DNA of 64,000 nucleotides from an uncultured Thermoplasmatales archaeon (lineage in GTDB: Archaea > Thermoplasmatota > E2 > UBA202 > DSCA01). This document shows, one piece after another, positions 10,544 to 20,156 of the stretch; the stretch's first letter is position 1, and every line of letters starts with the position of its first letter. Location of the stretch: positions 3,736 to 67,735 of the forward strand of contig CAZESS010000001.1 of assembly GCA_964514975.1 (NCBI GenBank). The letters are read 5' to 3'. The position numbers and the translations under genes were made by a program. Below the pieces are notes generated by a model. The model ran no database searches. It saw nothing but the letters and a program-made list of their open reading frames with translations, and was not told the DNA's origin.

Positions 10544-11019
10544 GTTTATGCCTCTATCACTAATATGTTTATTGCTTAATATATTATCGCATAAATTTTA
10601 TATAATTTATGAAATCAGGCCGGGAATACTGCGTGGTCTGGAGCTGAACGTAAGACCCGCAGATGAGAGGCCTGAACACATAAAAATGGCTTATCATCTT
10701 CCTATAGGAAGTGGTACAGAACGGTAAACCGATAAAATGCTTCATTTACTATACTCCCCCCCCCCAAATCGGTCCACCACGCACGATAAAATTCAGTTGA
10801 TGTAACTCCTTTATCACTCACGCTATTTGGTTAATATTCTTCATCCGTGTACCCAAAGTTCATATCTACAGCCAATGTATTCAACGAAGCATTTATTGAA
10901 TTATCCTCCCCCTCCATATCCCACTTAAGCAACCAACAAGTAACTCGGTAACCATCAACACCGCCATCACTGATGTCAGCTCTTTGTCTCTCAACACATT
11001 TGATATCTCTAATTTTCTT

Positions 11020-11724
11020 TTATTTAATGCGTCCCTTCTTCCCACAAGAAGGACAGAATACGGTCACTGGTTCATCGGGTTTCTCCATGCTCCATGTGTT
11101 ACCGCACTCTGGGCACTGGATGGTAATCCGTCCACCTGATGACTCCCATTCTACTTCTGCTTTCTCTCCTTCAGTAGGCTCATGTTGTGTTGGCGGTCGA
11201 TGATACCCGCTTGTGCGCCCAGGCAAACTAGCGAATGCATGCATAGACGCAGGAAGCACGAGGATGACATATCCAATAGACGCAACCAGTAGAATAATGC
11301 CCATAATCAAGGGAATGTAATTGAAGAAGTAAAAAGCATCCCCTGATAGATCATTTATTTCGCCTATTAGCCATACATGGTTTACAATATTTAGTATCCC
11401 GAACAAGACAATGATGCAGCCGGATAATAACAAGATATGACCGAATACACGGTAGCGGCCTATGTGGTACAGTGCAAAACCGAGGAGCGCTGCAATTCCG
11501 AAGATAATGGCCAGCCAGAAAGACCAACTGATCCAGTTCAAATTGTCGGAGCCGTCCCAGTCCGAATCATCTTGTGTTAAATATCCTGTGGGGAGATAGC
11601 TATTATCACCGTCATAGTCTATTGTTATCCAAGGGAATAGCGGTGTGCAGAGCAGACCGATGACGCTCGCCGTCATCATAATTCCGATGAGTTTCCTTAC
11701 ACGGTGAGAGAAATAATCATTCAT
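11020..11724 (-). CDS. Four-TM membrane protein with C-terminal zinc ribbon
   Basis: Four hydrophobic segments, FPW after TM1, CPEC...CPSC at the C-terminus. Confidence 0.8.
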   Translation of the reverse strand: MNDYFSHRVRKLIGIMMTASVIGLLCTPLFPWITIDYDGDNSYLPTGYLTQDDSDWDGSDNLNWISWSFWLAIIFGIAALLGFALYHIGRYRVFGHILLLSGCIIVLFGILNIVNHVWLIGEINDLSGDAFYFFNYIPLIMGIILLVASIGYVILVLPASMHAFASLPGRTSGYHRPPTQHEPTEGEKAEVEWESSGGRITIQCPECGNTWSMEKPDEPVTVFCPSCGKKGRIK

Positions 11725-11727
11725 TGT

Positions 11728-12354
11728 TTACCATCCTCTTGATACGGCCGCTGTTTCTCGTCTGATAATCCCGAATGATTTTCGGATAAAGATAAGGCCG
11801 ATAATCAATAAAATATATGCGGCAGGAAACAACAATACCCCTGAGGAATCTTCAGTTATGAGATGGATGACATTGAGACCCAAAAATCTTAGCCCTGCAA
11901 TAGCCACCCATAAACTTGGTATGATAGCTATGCCGCCAAGCAGTACACCAATGATTGAGAACCATATAGATGGTTGCCCATAACTTACCTGGGTCATGCC
12001 TAAAATTATGAGAATGATGCCTATGATAAGCAGAAAGATGAATCCTCCATCAGCAAGCCCCGGTGCATTGTCATAGTCGTCGATATTCGCTCGTATAAAA
12101 GCCTCGTCGTCACTGTTTTTAAGGTTATGTCCGAAGAAATCACTCTCGTAATTCTCAGAGTCTGTATATACCCAAGGAACTGTGTAGGAAAGTATCAGTC
12201 CAATTATGGCGGCAATAACGAGCATTATTCCTATCTTTGCCAGCGGACTCTGTCCCAGTAGTTGTCCCATAGCAGGTTCGGGCGTCGATGACTTATTAGA
12301 TGGATAATGGGAATACTGACCTTCCTCGTCTCGATTTCTTTCAACATCTGCCAT
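11728..12354 (-). CDS. Four-TM membrane protein
   Basis: Four hydrophobic segments, VPW after TM1; 3 bp from the next gene. Confidence 0.78.
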   Translation of the reverse strand: MADVERNRDEEGQYSHYPSNKSSTPEPAMGQLLGQSPLAKIGIMLVIAAIIGLILSYTVPWVYTDSENYESDFFGHNLKNSDDEAFIRANIDDYDNAPGLADGGFIFLLIIGIILIILGMTQVSYGQPSIWFSIIGVLLGGIAIIPSLWVAIAGLRFLGLNVIHLITEDSSGVLLFPAAYILLIIGLIFIRKSFGIIRRETAAVSRGW

Positions 12355-12483
12355 GCCTATTACCTCCTATGAATACTTAATTGATTGATGCCATATAAAT
12401 ATATCGGAATAATCTGATGGGTATTGGGGCAGCTAATAGCATCTCGTATGACTTTCGACATTCTCACTCAAAAAGTACTCCAT

Positions 12484-12627
12484 TCATTTCTCTATGGCGT
12501 CTTCTGGTGAGGTTGCATACCCATTCGAAATTACTATACCATCTTCTGATCCATCTAAACATCCCGATAGCAGACCTGTCAATAACAAGATGAAGAGGAT
12601 GGCCACTAGAAATCTTTCTATTTTCAT
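12484..12627 (-). pseudogene. Short or truncated lipoprotein ORF (47 aa)
   Basis: MKIERFLVAILFILLLTGLLSGCLDG has a lipobox; ATGA overlap with the upstream stop; early TGA. Confidence 0.55.
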
Positions 12628-13448
12628 TTTTCAACTATCATAAACTCATCCTGTTCTTCTGGATAATTTCTTCTTGTTTGTTGCATTCTTTGTGTAGCAC
12701 AGAGTCCAACCGCTGCAAGCAAGAGGATAAATCCACCAAGTGCCATAAACCAACCCACGGTACCTCCCCATGAGGCATGAACCTGAATGTAGGTATATCC
12801 ATAGGACAATTCTCCGTTGCCACTACCGAAAAAAGAGTCACTTGGGTCAGGCGAAAATTCAAGGCCTTCAAGAAATGCTAGTTCGGTTCCACCAATCTCT
12901 ACCTCTTCTGCCATGGCCCTCGGCAATGCCACCATAAGATACATGGGTGCTGCTAGAACAGCAATGGCTGCAATGATGCCAATAATTACTGTTGGTTTCA
13001 TTGATTTTTTAAGTATCCCCATCGTGATAACAGTAGCCACAAAAACAGTCGATAGCACTAATGCCACCAATGTCACCACTCCAGTATTCTCAAAAGTATT
13101 TAAATACCCCAAATTTTCCTCATACTCCGAAGGCATATCATCATATGAGCGAGTCTCATCAGAATAGCCAGAACGCTGAAGCTCAATTTTTTCAAGATAA
13201 TAGTTACTTTCTGAGTGGAAAGTTTCTCCTTCCGCTGTAGCATCAGCGGTGATATTATACCACGGCATAAAATAGGCTACGCTTAGCAACAATATTGAAA
13301 TTACTCCTAAAGCCACAGCTATATGCCATTTCTGCAGGTGAAGGGGCTCCTGCGATGTTCTTCTTTCATCCGGTACTGGTGCGCCACAATTAGGGCAAAA
13401 ATATGTTTCCTGAGGAAGCTTTATTCCACACTTCTGGCAATAAGGCAT
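12624..13448 (-). CDS. N-terminal zinc-ribbon four-TM membrane protein
   Basis: CQKC...CPNC at the N-terminus, MPW after TM1, four hydrophobic segments. Confidence 0.82.
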   Translation of the reverse strand: MPYCQKCGIKLPQETYFCPNCGAPVPDERRTSQEPLHLQKWHIAVALGVISILLLSVAYFMPWYNITADATAEGETFHSESNYYLEKIELQRSGYSDETRSYDDMPSEYEENLGYLNTFENTGVVTLVALVLSTVFVATVITMGILKKSMKPTVIIGIIAAIAVLAAPMYLMVALPRAMAEEVEIGGTELAFLEGLEFSPDPSDSFFGSGNGELSYGYTYIQVHASWGGTVGWFMALGGFILLLAAVGLCATQRMQQTRRNYPEEQDEFMIVEK

Positions 13449-13449
13449 T

Positions 13450-15228
13450 TTACTGTCTCCTCCTCAACATGACTGATGCCACGCCCACAGCAGCGAGTAA
13501 CATGATGAATTCAAAGCCGGGAGTATCACTATCCGGGGTCTGTTTTTCTAATATTTCAAGATTAGTCTGTTCGTTAATTTCTTCTTCTGATAAATCTGAG
13601 ATATTTTTAGGCATTGAACAACCATAATGAATTATCTCATCTTTTTCAATGTCTCCATGAGATTCCTCCACTAATTCTGTCCCATTTTTCACACTAGCTA
13701 TTAAGAGATCGTATTCTCCTTTACCAGTCCCCCTTACATAGATATCATAGTTGGCTGAGGTGTTACCAAGTGTGATATATTCTGGATCTGCCTTGGGCCC
13801 CGAATAAATGGCCTTATCAATTTCTTTTATAGCGCCCGCATAGTGGTTATCTTCATAGACTGCACCTACTCTTTTATTTGCCTCGTTTTTAATTAGTAAA
13901 TCGCCCGGGCTCATGAGGTTAATATTGTCCATATTCGCATCGATACCATATGCAGCATCTAATAGAGACTGCACCATCCGATCAACATCCCTGACATGGG
14001 TTTCTCCCGCCGTATCAACTACGATGATTTCATCTACTGTAACAAGGTCATCTGGAATAATGGCTGTTATGGCCGATAATAATCCATTCTTTAATGATTT
14101 ATATGTGTGGGCTAAGTATGCCAGTTCTATTTTATCTTCATCAGAAAGAAGGTGCAATTTTAGTTCCCCTTTGAAATGCCCTGGCTGATCCGTTTCATAT
14201 AACTCCACTTCACTAGGCCCGTCTTCTATACCGATAGCTTGTTTGATCTTATTGAGAGGACATGACCATGTCTGGGGAGTATACTCCATCTTTGCATAGA
14301 CCTGACTTACCATATCCGGTTGTGAAACGTCAACTTCAATATAAACATCGTAGGAAACAAGTTCAGTAAAGAATTTTTCTAATGCACTCCAATCTTCATA
14401 TCTTGAGCTCACATCTAGGTTTGATATTTCGATATCAGGTGTTTCTTCGAAATGTGCCGTTAGCGTCTTGTTGCCGGTCATTGTAAACGTGAAGGAGCTA
14501 TCTTTTCTGTATCCGGCAGGAAAATTGCCGCCCCAATACTCGAACGTGTAGTCCCTATCAGCATTGGCTGTGACTGTTACCGTGGTGCCCACATCATAGG
14601 TGCCTCCAGTTGGATTCAATGTAATAGAGCCAGCTACTGATGGTACGACGTTAGTAGTGAGAGTGTACTGCTTAACATCGTCACTGGTGACAATTATTTT
14701 TGCGTGGGGTAAAAGACCAGGTTGTTCATCATAGTTATTAACCGTATCCTCCATGCTGTACATGTGTCCGCTACACACCCAAATGGAATATGTTCCTGGC
14801 TCTTCTGGTGCCGTTATAGTCCATGAGTCTGTGTAATACTCCCCAGAATCAGAGGGAACAGAATTGTAAAGAGGGTGATAATCAGAAGGAGGCCACCCTG
14901 TGTTCCATGAGTATGCTACGAAATGCTGAATTATTGGGGAAGGAGCACCTCCGGGAGCATCTTGACAATACCCTTCATAATAAATCTGGATGGTTTCCCC
15001 AGGCGTTACAGTGACAATTTGCTGTACGCCTGACTGGGAAGAATCTAAATCTAGTTCCTCAACCATCTCCCAAGGTTCGTACAAGTTATCTCCCCGAATA
15101 ATTCCGGCCGGGAGAGATAAAATATCTGAATTACTTGGCTTTGCCGACGATATGGGACAAAGGGAAAAACCGATTACTATTAAAACTAGAGTCACCCTAA
15201 AGGGTGCCATATTTTTCTTTGCTTCCAT
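13450..15228 (-). CDS. Secreted protein with B-repeat-like domain and PGF-CTERM anchor
   Basis: Signal peptide; GGTYDVGTTVTVTANAD; C-terminus TPGFEFIMLLAAVGVASVMLRRRQ. Confidence 0.85.
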   Translation of the reverse strand: MEAKKNMAPFRVTLVLIVIGFSLCPISSAKPSNSDILSLPAGIIRGDNLYEPWEMVEELDLDSSQSGVQQIVTVTPGETIQIYYEGYCQDAPGGAPSPIIQHFVAYSWNTGWPPSDYHPLYNSVPSDSGEYYTDSWTITAPEEPGTYSIWVCSGHMYSMEDTVNNYDEQPGLLPHAKIIVTSDDVKQYTLTTNVVPSVAGSITLNPTGGTYDVGTTVTVTANADRDYTFEYWGGNFPAGYRKDSSFTFTMTGNKTLTAHFEETPDIEISNLDVSSRYEDWSALEKFFTELVSYDVYIEVDVSQPDMVSQVYAKMEYTPQTWSCPLNKIKQAIGIEDGPSEVELYETDQPGHFKGELKLHLLSDEDKIELAYLAHTYKSLKNGLLSAITAIIPDDLVTVDEIIVVDTAGETHVRDVDRMVQSLLDAAYGIDANMDNINLMSPGDLLIKNEANKRVGAVYEDNHYAGAIKEIDKAIYSGPKADPEYITLGNTSANYDIYVRGTGKGEYDLLIASVKNGTELVEESHGDIEKDEIIHYGCSMPKNISDLSEEEINEQTNLEILEKQTPDSDTPGFEFIMLLAAVGVASVMLRRRQ

Positions 15229-15721
15229 GTTCTGCCTCCGCTACCTGTAACCACAATATACTTATAATATTACCGGGAAAAGTAACAAATAATTGTTTCA
15301 TTGCAGATAAATAAATTTTCTCACAAATCTGGTAGGATTGTGAGAGATCTTACCGCGTTTGAGAAAGAAAACCCCTGTCCATATTTCAGATGGCAGGTTT
15401 GATCGAAAGAGGTCAATAAATCCGTGGATTTCTTTACAATCCAAATTTTATCTACCAACAGATAAGTGGGAAGCTCCGTGTGCAGCGATGGTTTTCTTTA
15501 CAGCTGTATTTCCAAACAGCGTACAAATTAACTGTGCTGTTAACTTTGAACAGGCTTTCAATAGGGGTATATAGCGAATCTACTGTTCAACCCACCAATA
15601 CTCGTGGCAAATATAGAACAATGATGTTAATTGTAAGTGGCTCTCTTCTTACGGCATCCTAGCATTTACGATGAAGTATGAACGAACAAAATATTTATAA
15701 AATATTTTTTCATATTCATTT

Positions 15722-17080
15722 ATGAAAAATTTACGGTTATTGTGTATTCTTACAGTTTTGGTGTTGCTTTTTGGGATATTACCATCTACTTATAAGGTGG
15801 ATGCTTCATTTTCTAATAATGAGGGAGAGGGATACGAGAACGATGGCATTGATTATTTTCCCTTTTTAAAAATATTAGAATTTAAGCCAGGCAACATTAA
15901 TAGTCAAACGGGAGAGAGGTATGCCGTGGCCGGAACTTTGTTTACAACAACAATAAAAATTAAAAATGAGGGTGCCAAACCCTTTGATGGCATTGTAATT
16001 ATTTTCTTAAAAGTCCGTGATACACGGGGGTATTACTTAGATAGAATACAGTATTCTGGTCCAGTGAGTTCAGAGAAAGTAGTAATCGACTCAGGCGATA
16101 CTATATCTCTTAATCTTACCTGTGATGTTCCAATCCAAATTAGATTGCCGTTGCAAGGAAAGCTAGGGGTAGGCTTCCTGAGTAAAATGGATTATATTAT
16201 GCCTGGTCTCTTCATACCAAGTTTTAGAGAAAAATATTATGGGCCACGTTTATTCACAATGCAACCCCCTGTTTTTATAGCAGGAGAATTATTTAAGATT
16301 ATGGCTCTGAATGCTAACCCCTTCATTCGATCATTATTGTGGTCTCATCCGTTATTCGCTATTCTTATTAATGTAGTATCTCCTTGCATATATTTAACAG
16401 CAGCGTCGGTTGCTTTTAAACAAGGGGAATTACCGGTTCACAAGATATTATTTTCGCAAATAGGAAGTGGTTCGTATGAATGGACAGAAACAGAGAAATT
16501 TAGAAAGCATTTTGGGAACTGGATTAATTTCTCAGTTTATATCAAACAAACGGAACCAGCTCAGATAGGTGTCGGGGAAGTACGTGTTTATGGATATCCA
16601 GATGGTAACGAAGACACTTCTCTTAATAGTGGAGAGAAAATTGTTGTTAATTTTACTATTTTCAATAAAGGAGCGAAGGAAACTGAGGTTAATATTTTTG
16701 TTGACCTTCTTGAACCCTCAGCTGTCGGTACAGATGCATTAAGAGCGAAAATTAATTTAAATATGTTAGAAGGGATGAAGATTGATCCTTTCGATAATAA
16801 ATCATCTGAATTAATATGTGTTGTACCTGACAACATTGAATCGGGGTTTTATGACCTGCAAGTTTCATGTACCACACCCTATGTTTATGGTCTTGATCTT
16901 CCAACATTAAACACTCGCCGAGTAAGAGTATCAATAAAGGGGTCTATGAATCCACAAATTGAAGCACTTTCATCCGATATAATGAAAACCATACCCATAA
17001 TTTTCTTTCTAGCATTAATTAGCGGGGCAATATTTATAATTATGTATTACAAATTTGGAGAATACTTTAGAAAAAAATAG
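15722..17080 (+). CDS. Secreted, C-terminally anchored protein with Ig/CARDB-like segments
   Basis: 452-aa ORF with signal peptide, IKNEG/IFNKG Ig-type strands, and a C-terminal TM plus basic tail. Confidence 0.7.
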   Translation: MKNLRLLCILTVLVLLFGILPSTYKVDASFSNNEGEGYENDGIDYFPFLKILEFKPGNINSQTGERYAVAGTLFTTTIKIKNEGAKPFDGIVIIFLKVRDTRGYYLDRIQYSGPVSSEKVVIDSGDTISLNLTCDVPIQIRLPLQGKLGVGFLSKMDYIMPGLFIPSFREKYYGPRLFTMQPPVFIAGELFKIMALNANPFIRSLLWSHPLFAILINVVSPCIYLTAASVAFKQGELPVHKILFSQIGSGSYEWTETEKFRKHFGNWINFSVYIKQTEPAQIGVGEVRVYGYPDGNEDTSLNSGEKIVVNFTIFNKGAKETEVNIFVDLLEPSAVGTDALRAKINLNMLEGMKIDPFDNKSSELICVVPDNIESGFYDLQVSCTTPYVYGLDLPTLNTRRVRVSIKGSMNPQIEALSSDIMKTIPIIFFLALISGAIFIIMYYKFGEYFRKK

Positions 17081-17433
17081 TAAAATTTGAAACTTCACTA
17101 CGTAGTTCACCTTTGGCGAGAGGAATAACTGGTGATATAGAATCATGATAATAACCAAGGTCCTGGCCGGCTTCTGTGGTTAACACCCCTTTTTGAAGGC
17201 TCGGCTTTTACTCGCAGAATGGCGCAATCCCATGGTGTATAATAAAACCATGACGCTGTATGAGGTTGCAGAACTGATTCATCATCTATCACGATGGTTT
17301 GCGTCAACTGACTAAACGGATTCGGAAAAATTCTAGAGTTGCAATAGTAAATTTTTAATATAGTTTTCATTATATAATACTACTAATCTGTTAAAAGTAT
17401 AATAAGAGACAGATTGGGTCCGGGAGGCCAAAT

Positions 17434-18624
17434 ATGAACAGTAAACTATCGAAATCGGCAACATGTATCCTAATAGCGATATTTTTTGTGACACCAGCTC
17501 TTCTAAGCTCAGGACAAATAATTGACCTAGAGCCAGGAAAGAGTCAACAGAACCTATTTGTTCTAGAGGCAATCGGGGAAATCAAAGAAGAAAATGGATA
17601 TACTGGTGACATGGTTGATCAAGAGCAGAATTCATCCTATGGTGGAGTTCGATGTCCATGGGGAAAACTCGCACAGTCATTTACGCCAAGTATGCCATAC
17701 ATGACACGCCTCCAATTATTTGGATGGCGAAATGGAAATCCTGACAAGCTCACCGTGTCAATACGCCCCGAACTCGACGACCCACCACTCGTAACATCAT
17801 CACTCACCTGGCATGATATACCAACCCAGATAGGAACCATAGAATTCGACTTTGAAGACATCGTTGTGACACCCGGTGAAAAATACTACATTATATGGAC
17901 GCAGGTGGGCGGTAATGGATACAACGTGTTCTACTGGGGGTTTGGTGATGGTAACCCGTACCCGCGGGGGGAGCCCTGGATTTATTCAGACGGCTATTGG
18001 GAACAACTTAGCTTAGATGTGGCCCTGAGCCCAGATTTTTGTTTCCGAACCTATGGCATGGATAACATGCCGCCCGTTGCAGATGCAGGAGGCCCATATC
18101 TTGGTGTTCCCGGCGATACCATCATGTTCGATGGCAGCGGCAGTTCCGACCCGGATGGTGACAACCTCTCCTATCAGTGGGATTTCGGTGATGGCACCAC
18201 CGGCACAGGCGTAACCCCCTCGCATGTATACACGTCGGAAGGCCAGTTTGAAGTTACGCTTACCGTAACTGACAGCCACGAAGCAAGCAGCACAAATACC
18301 ACGTCTGCCGTTATCGACGACAGTCCACCCGAGATACAGATACGGAAACCCGGCGGTGGGCTCTACTGGCTCGATAGAAAACTCGTGCCATTCCCCATAC
18401 CCATTGTAATTGGAGATGTCACCGTTGAAGTAGAAGCTTCTGACAGTCTGAGCGACATCAAAAAAGTATCATTTTATGTCGATGGTGAACAACGCTATGA
18501 GGTGACGGAGCAACCCTATGAATGGCGGTGGAGCCCTCAGCTTGGTAAACATAGCCTGAGTGTACTCGCATACGACCTTCTCGATCACACGGCAACCGAT
18601 GACCTCACGGTCTGGACAGGATAA
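17434..18624 (+). CDS. Secreted PKD and Ig-domain protein
   Basis: PPVADAGGPY...FDGSGSSDPDG...WDFGDG...HVY PKD signature; C-terminal Ig (VSFYVDG). Confidence 0.85.
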   Translation: MNSKLSKSATCILIAIFFVTPALLSSGQIIDLEPGKSQQNLFVLEAIGEIKEENGYTGDMVDQEQNSSYGGVRCPWGKLAQSFTPSMPYMTRLQLFGWRNGNPDKLTVSIRPELDDPPLVTSSLTWHDIPTQIGTIEFDFEDIVVTPGEKYYIIWTQVGGNGYNVFYWGFGDGNPYPRGEPWIYSDGYWEQLSLDVALSPDFCFRTYGMDNMPPVADAGGPYLGVPGDTIMFDGSGSSDPDGDNLSYQWDFGDGTTGTGVTPSHVYTSEGQFEVTLTVTDSHEASSTNTTSAVIDDSPPEIQIRKPGGGLYWLDRKLVPFPIPIVIGDVTVEVEASDSLSDIKKVSFYVDGEQRYEVTEQPYEWRWSPQLGKHSLSVLAYDLLDHTATDDLTVWTG

Positions 18625-18688
18625 GATAGGCGACCTGTTCCTCAAGATTTTGTCAAGGCCATATTGGTAGCAAGGGACAAATATTTGT

Positions 18689-19759
18689 CTATTGAAATCC
18701 TAACGGCAGTGTGAACATTGCTGATACTATTCGCTGAAAGATGTGTAGCCATAGTGATGGAGCTGAGAATGGGCGGGGCATGGTAACCACGAGTTTTTCC
18801 GACCAAATGCTTTCTATTCCATGTTCGTCTCTGGCTTTCACGCGTATATCATAGTCGCCGGTTGTATTCCATGCATGCCTTGTTTCCACGGTTTCTCCCG
18901 ATGGAGACAGCGATGTCCACATGTCCACTACTTTATCTCCGTTCCAGTCCCATCCATACTGAACCATGCCGCCGTCCATGTCTATGGTGCTTGTGCTATA
19001 TGTGTATTCACGCCCTGTTATCCCCAGTGAGGTTCCGGTTGGTGTGTCTGGCTTGTCTGGAGGATTTGAAATAGTTACTGTAAGGTTATCTGACCATTCG
19101 GACCAGTCTCGACTGTTATATGCCCGGACCCGCACTATGTATTCCCCGGCATCATTCCAGCTGTTGGAGAGCGTGACATTTGTTCCTGGTGGATAAAAGT
19201 CTGTCAGGCTGTAGTCGTTATCCCAGTCGAAATAATATTGCACATCCTTGCCGTAGGGGTCGGTTGTCCATGCAGTGTAGCTATAGCTTTCATCGGGGAC
19301 TCCAACGGTTGGGCCTGAAAGATGTGGCTTATGGGGTGGCTCCCAGTTATCAATCGTAAGCCAGTCCGATGAATCAGAGCTGACAAGACCGAGATAGGTA
19401 TATAAACATACACGGATTTTATAGTCTCCATCATCTATCAGCAGTGTATTTACACCGATAGTTTCTATGGTTTCAAATTCAGATGGAATAAATCCTGTTA
19501 TTGCTTTCCACACATCGCTTCCTCTCGCTTGTCGGTCAACTCTCACACTTGCTCCAAACTGGGGGGGAGATGTATCATACCATATCCAAGTCACTGGCTC
19601 CGTCCCAGACCACGTCTCACCGCCTGTTGGGTCGAGCAGCTCGATGGTGTAGTCGTCTGTGGTGTCAGTGGTCCTTTTTTCATCCATTTCTCCAAATGAT
19701 GTTGCACCACCAGCGCACAATAAAAGCACGATGATACCTCCTACCAATAGTTCCCTCAT
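18689..19759 (-). CDS. Secreted protein with two PKD-like repeats
   Basis: Signal peptide; TTDPYGKDVQYYFDW and TIDMDGGMVQYGWDW repeats, each followed by G-x-Y-x-V/I-RV-R/K-A...WS. Confidence 0.8.
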   Translation of the reverse strand: MRELLVGGIIVLLLCAGGATSFGEMDEKRTTDTTDDYTIELLDPTGGETWSGTEPVTWIWYDTSPPQFGASVRVDRQARGSDVWKAITGFIPSEFETIETIGVNTLLIDDGDYKIRVCLYTYLGLVSSDSSDWLTIDNWEPPHKPHLSGPTVGVPDESYSYTAWTTDPYGKDVQYYFDWDNDYSLTDFYPPGTNVTLSNSWNDAGEYIVRVRAYNSRDWSEWSDNLTVTISNPPDKPDTPTGTSLGITGREYTYSTSTIDMDGGMVQYGWDWNGDKVVDMWTSLSPSGETVETRHAWNTTGDYDIRVKARDEHGIESIWSEKLVVTMPRPFSAPSLWLHIFQRIVSAMFTLPLGFQ

Positions 19760-20156
19760 TGTTAGCCTCCAAACTATATAACCAAACAGGACATTTAAAC
19801 CCTTCTATGCAGGGCTTTAACCGCAGTTGTCACGGACCAGGAAAAGGCTTGCCCCTTAATTACTGCCCCCCCCTGTCTGACAAATTGCAGCATCATTGAA
19901 AGCAAGCAAATTGGTTTGTCCAAACCTTTTCTATAGGCCAGTTGATCAGTGGTTTTCATGAAAGTTCGCTATACATATCTGTTACTTTTGTGTATAGAAC
20001 AAGAGGGGGGTCTTCATATATCCCATATCAGCAAGTACCTGGCATGGCGGGAGGGGATCAAAGAATGTTAGTATAGCTTTAGTATTTAAGGAATATTTCT
20101 CAATTTTGGGATATTATTATAAAGTATTTTTTGTTATTGTGGGTGAGGTATGTAGG

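Noticed and set aside
15250-15700. Short ORFs in island intergenic gaps (also 10542-10727 and 17143-17370)
   Set aside because: They have no recognisable motifs or convincing starts and cannot be supported as genes.
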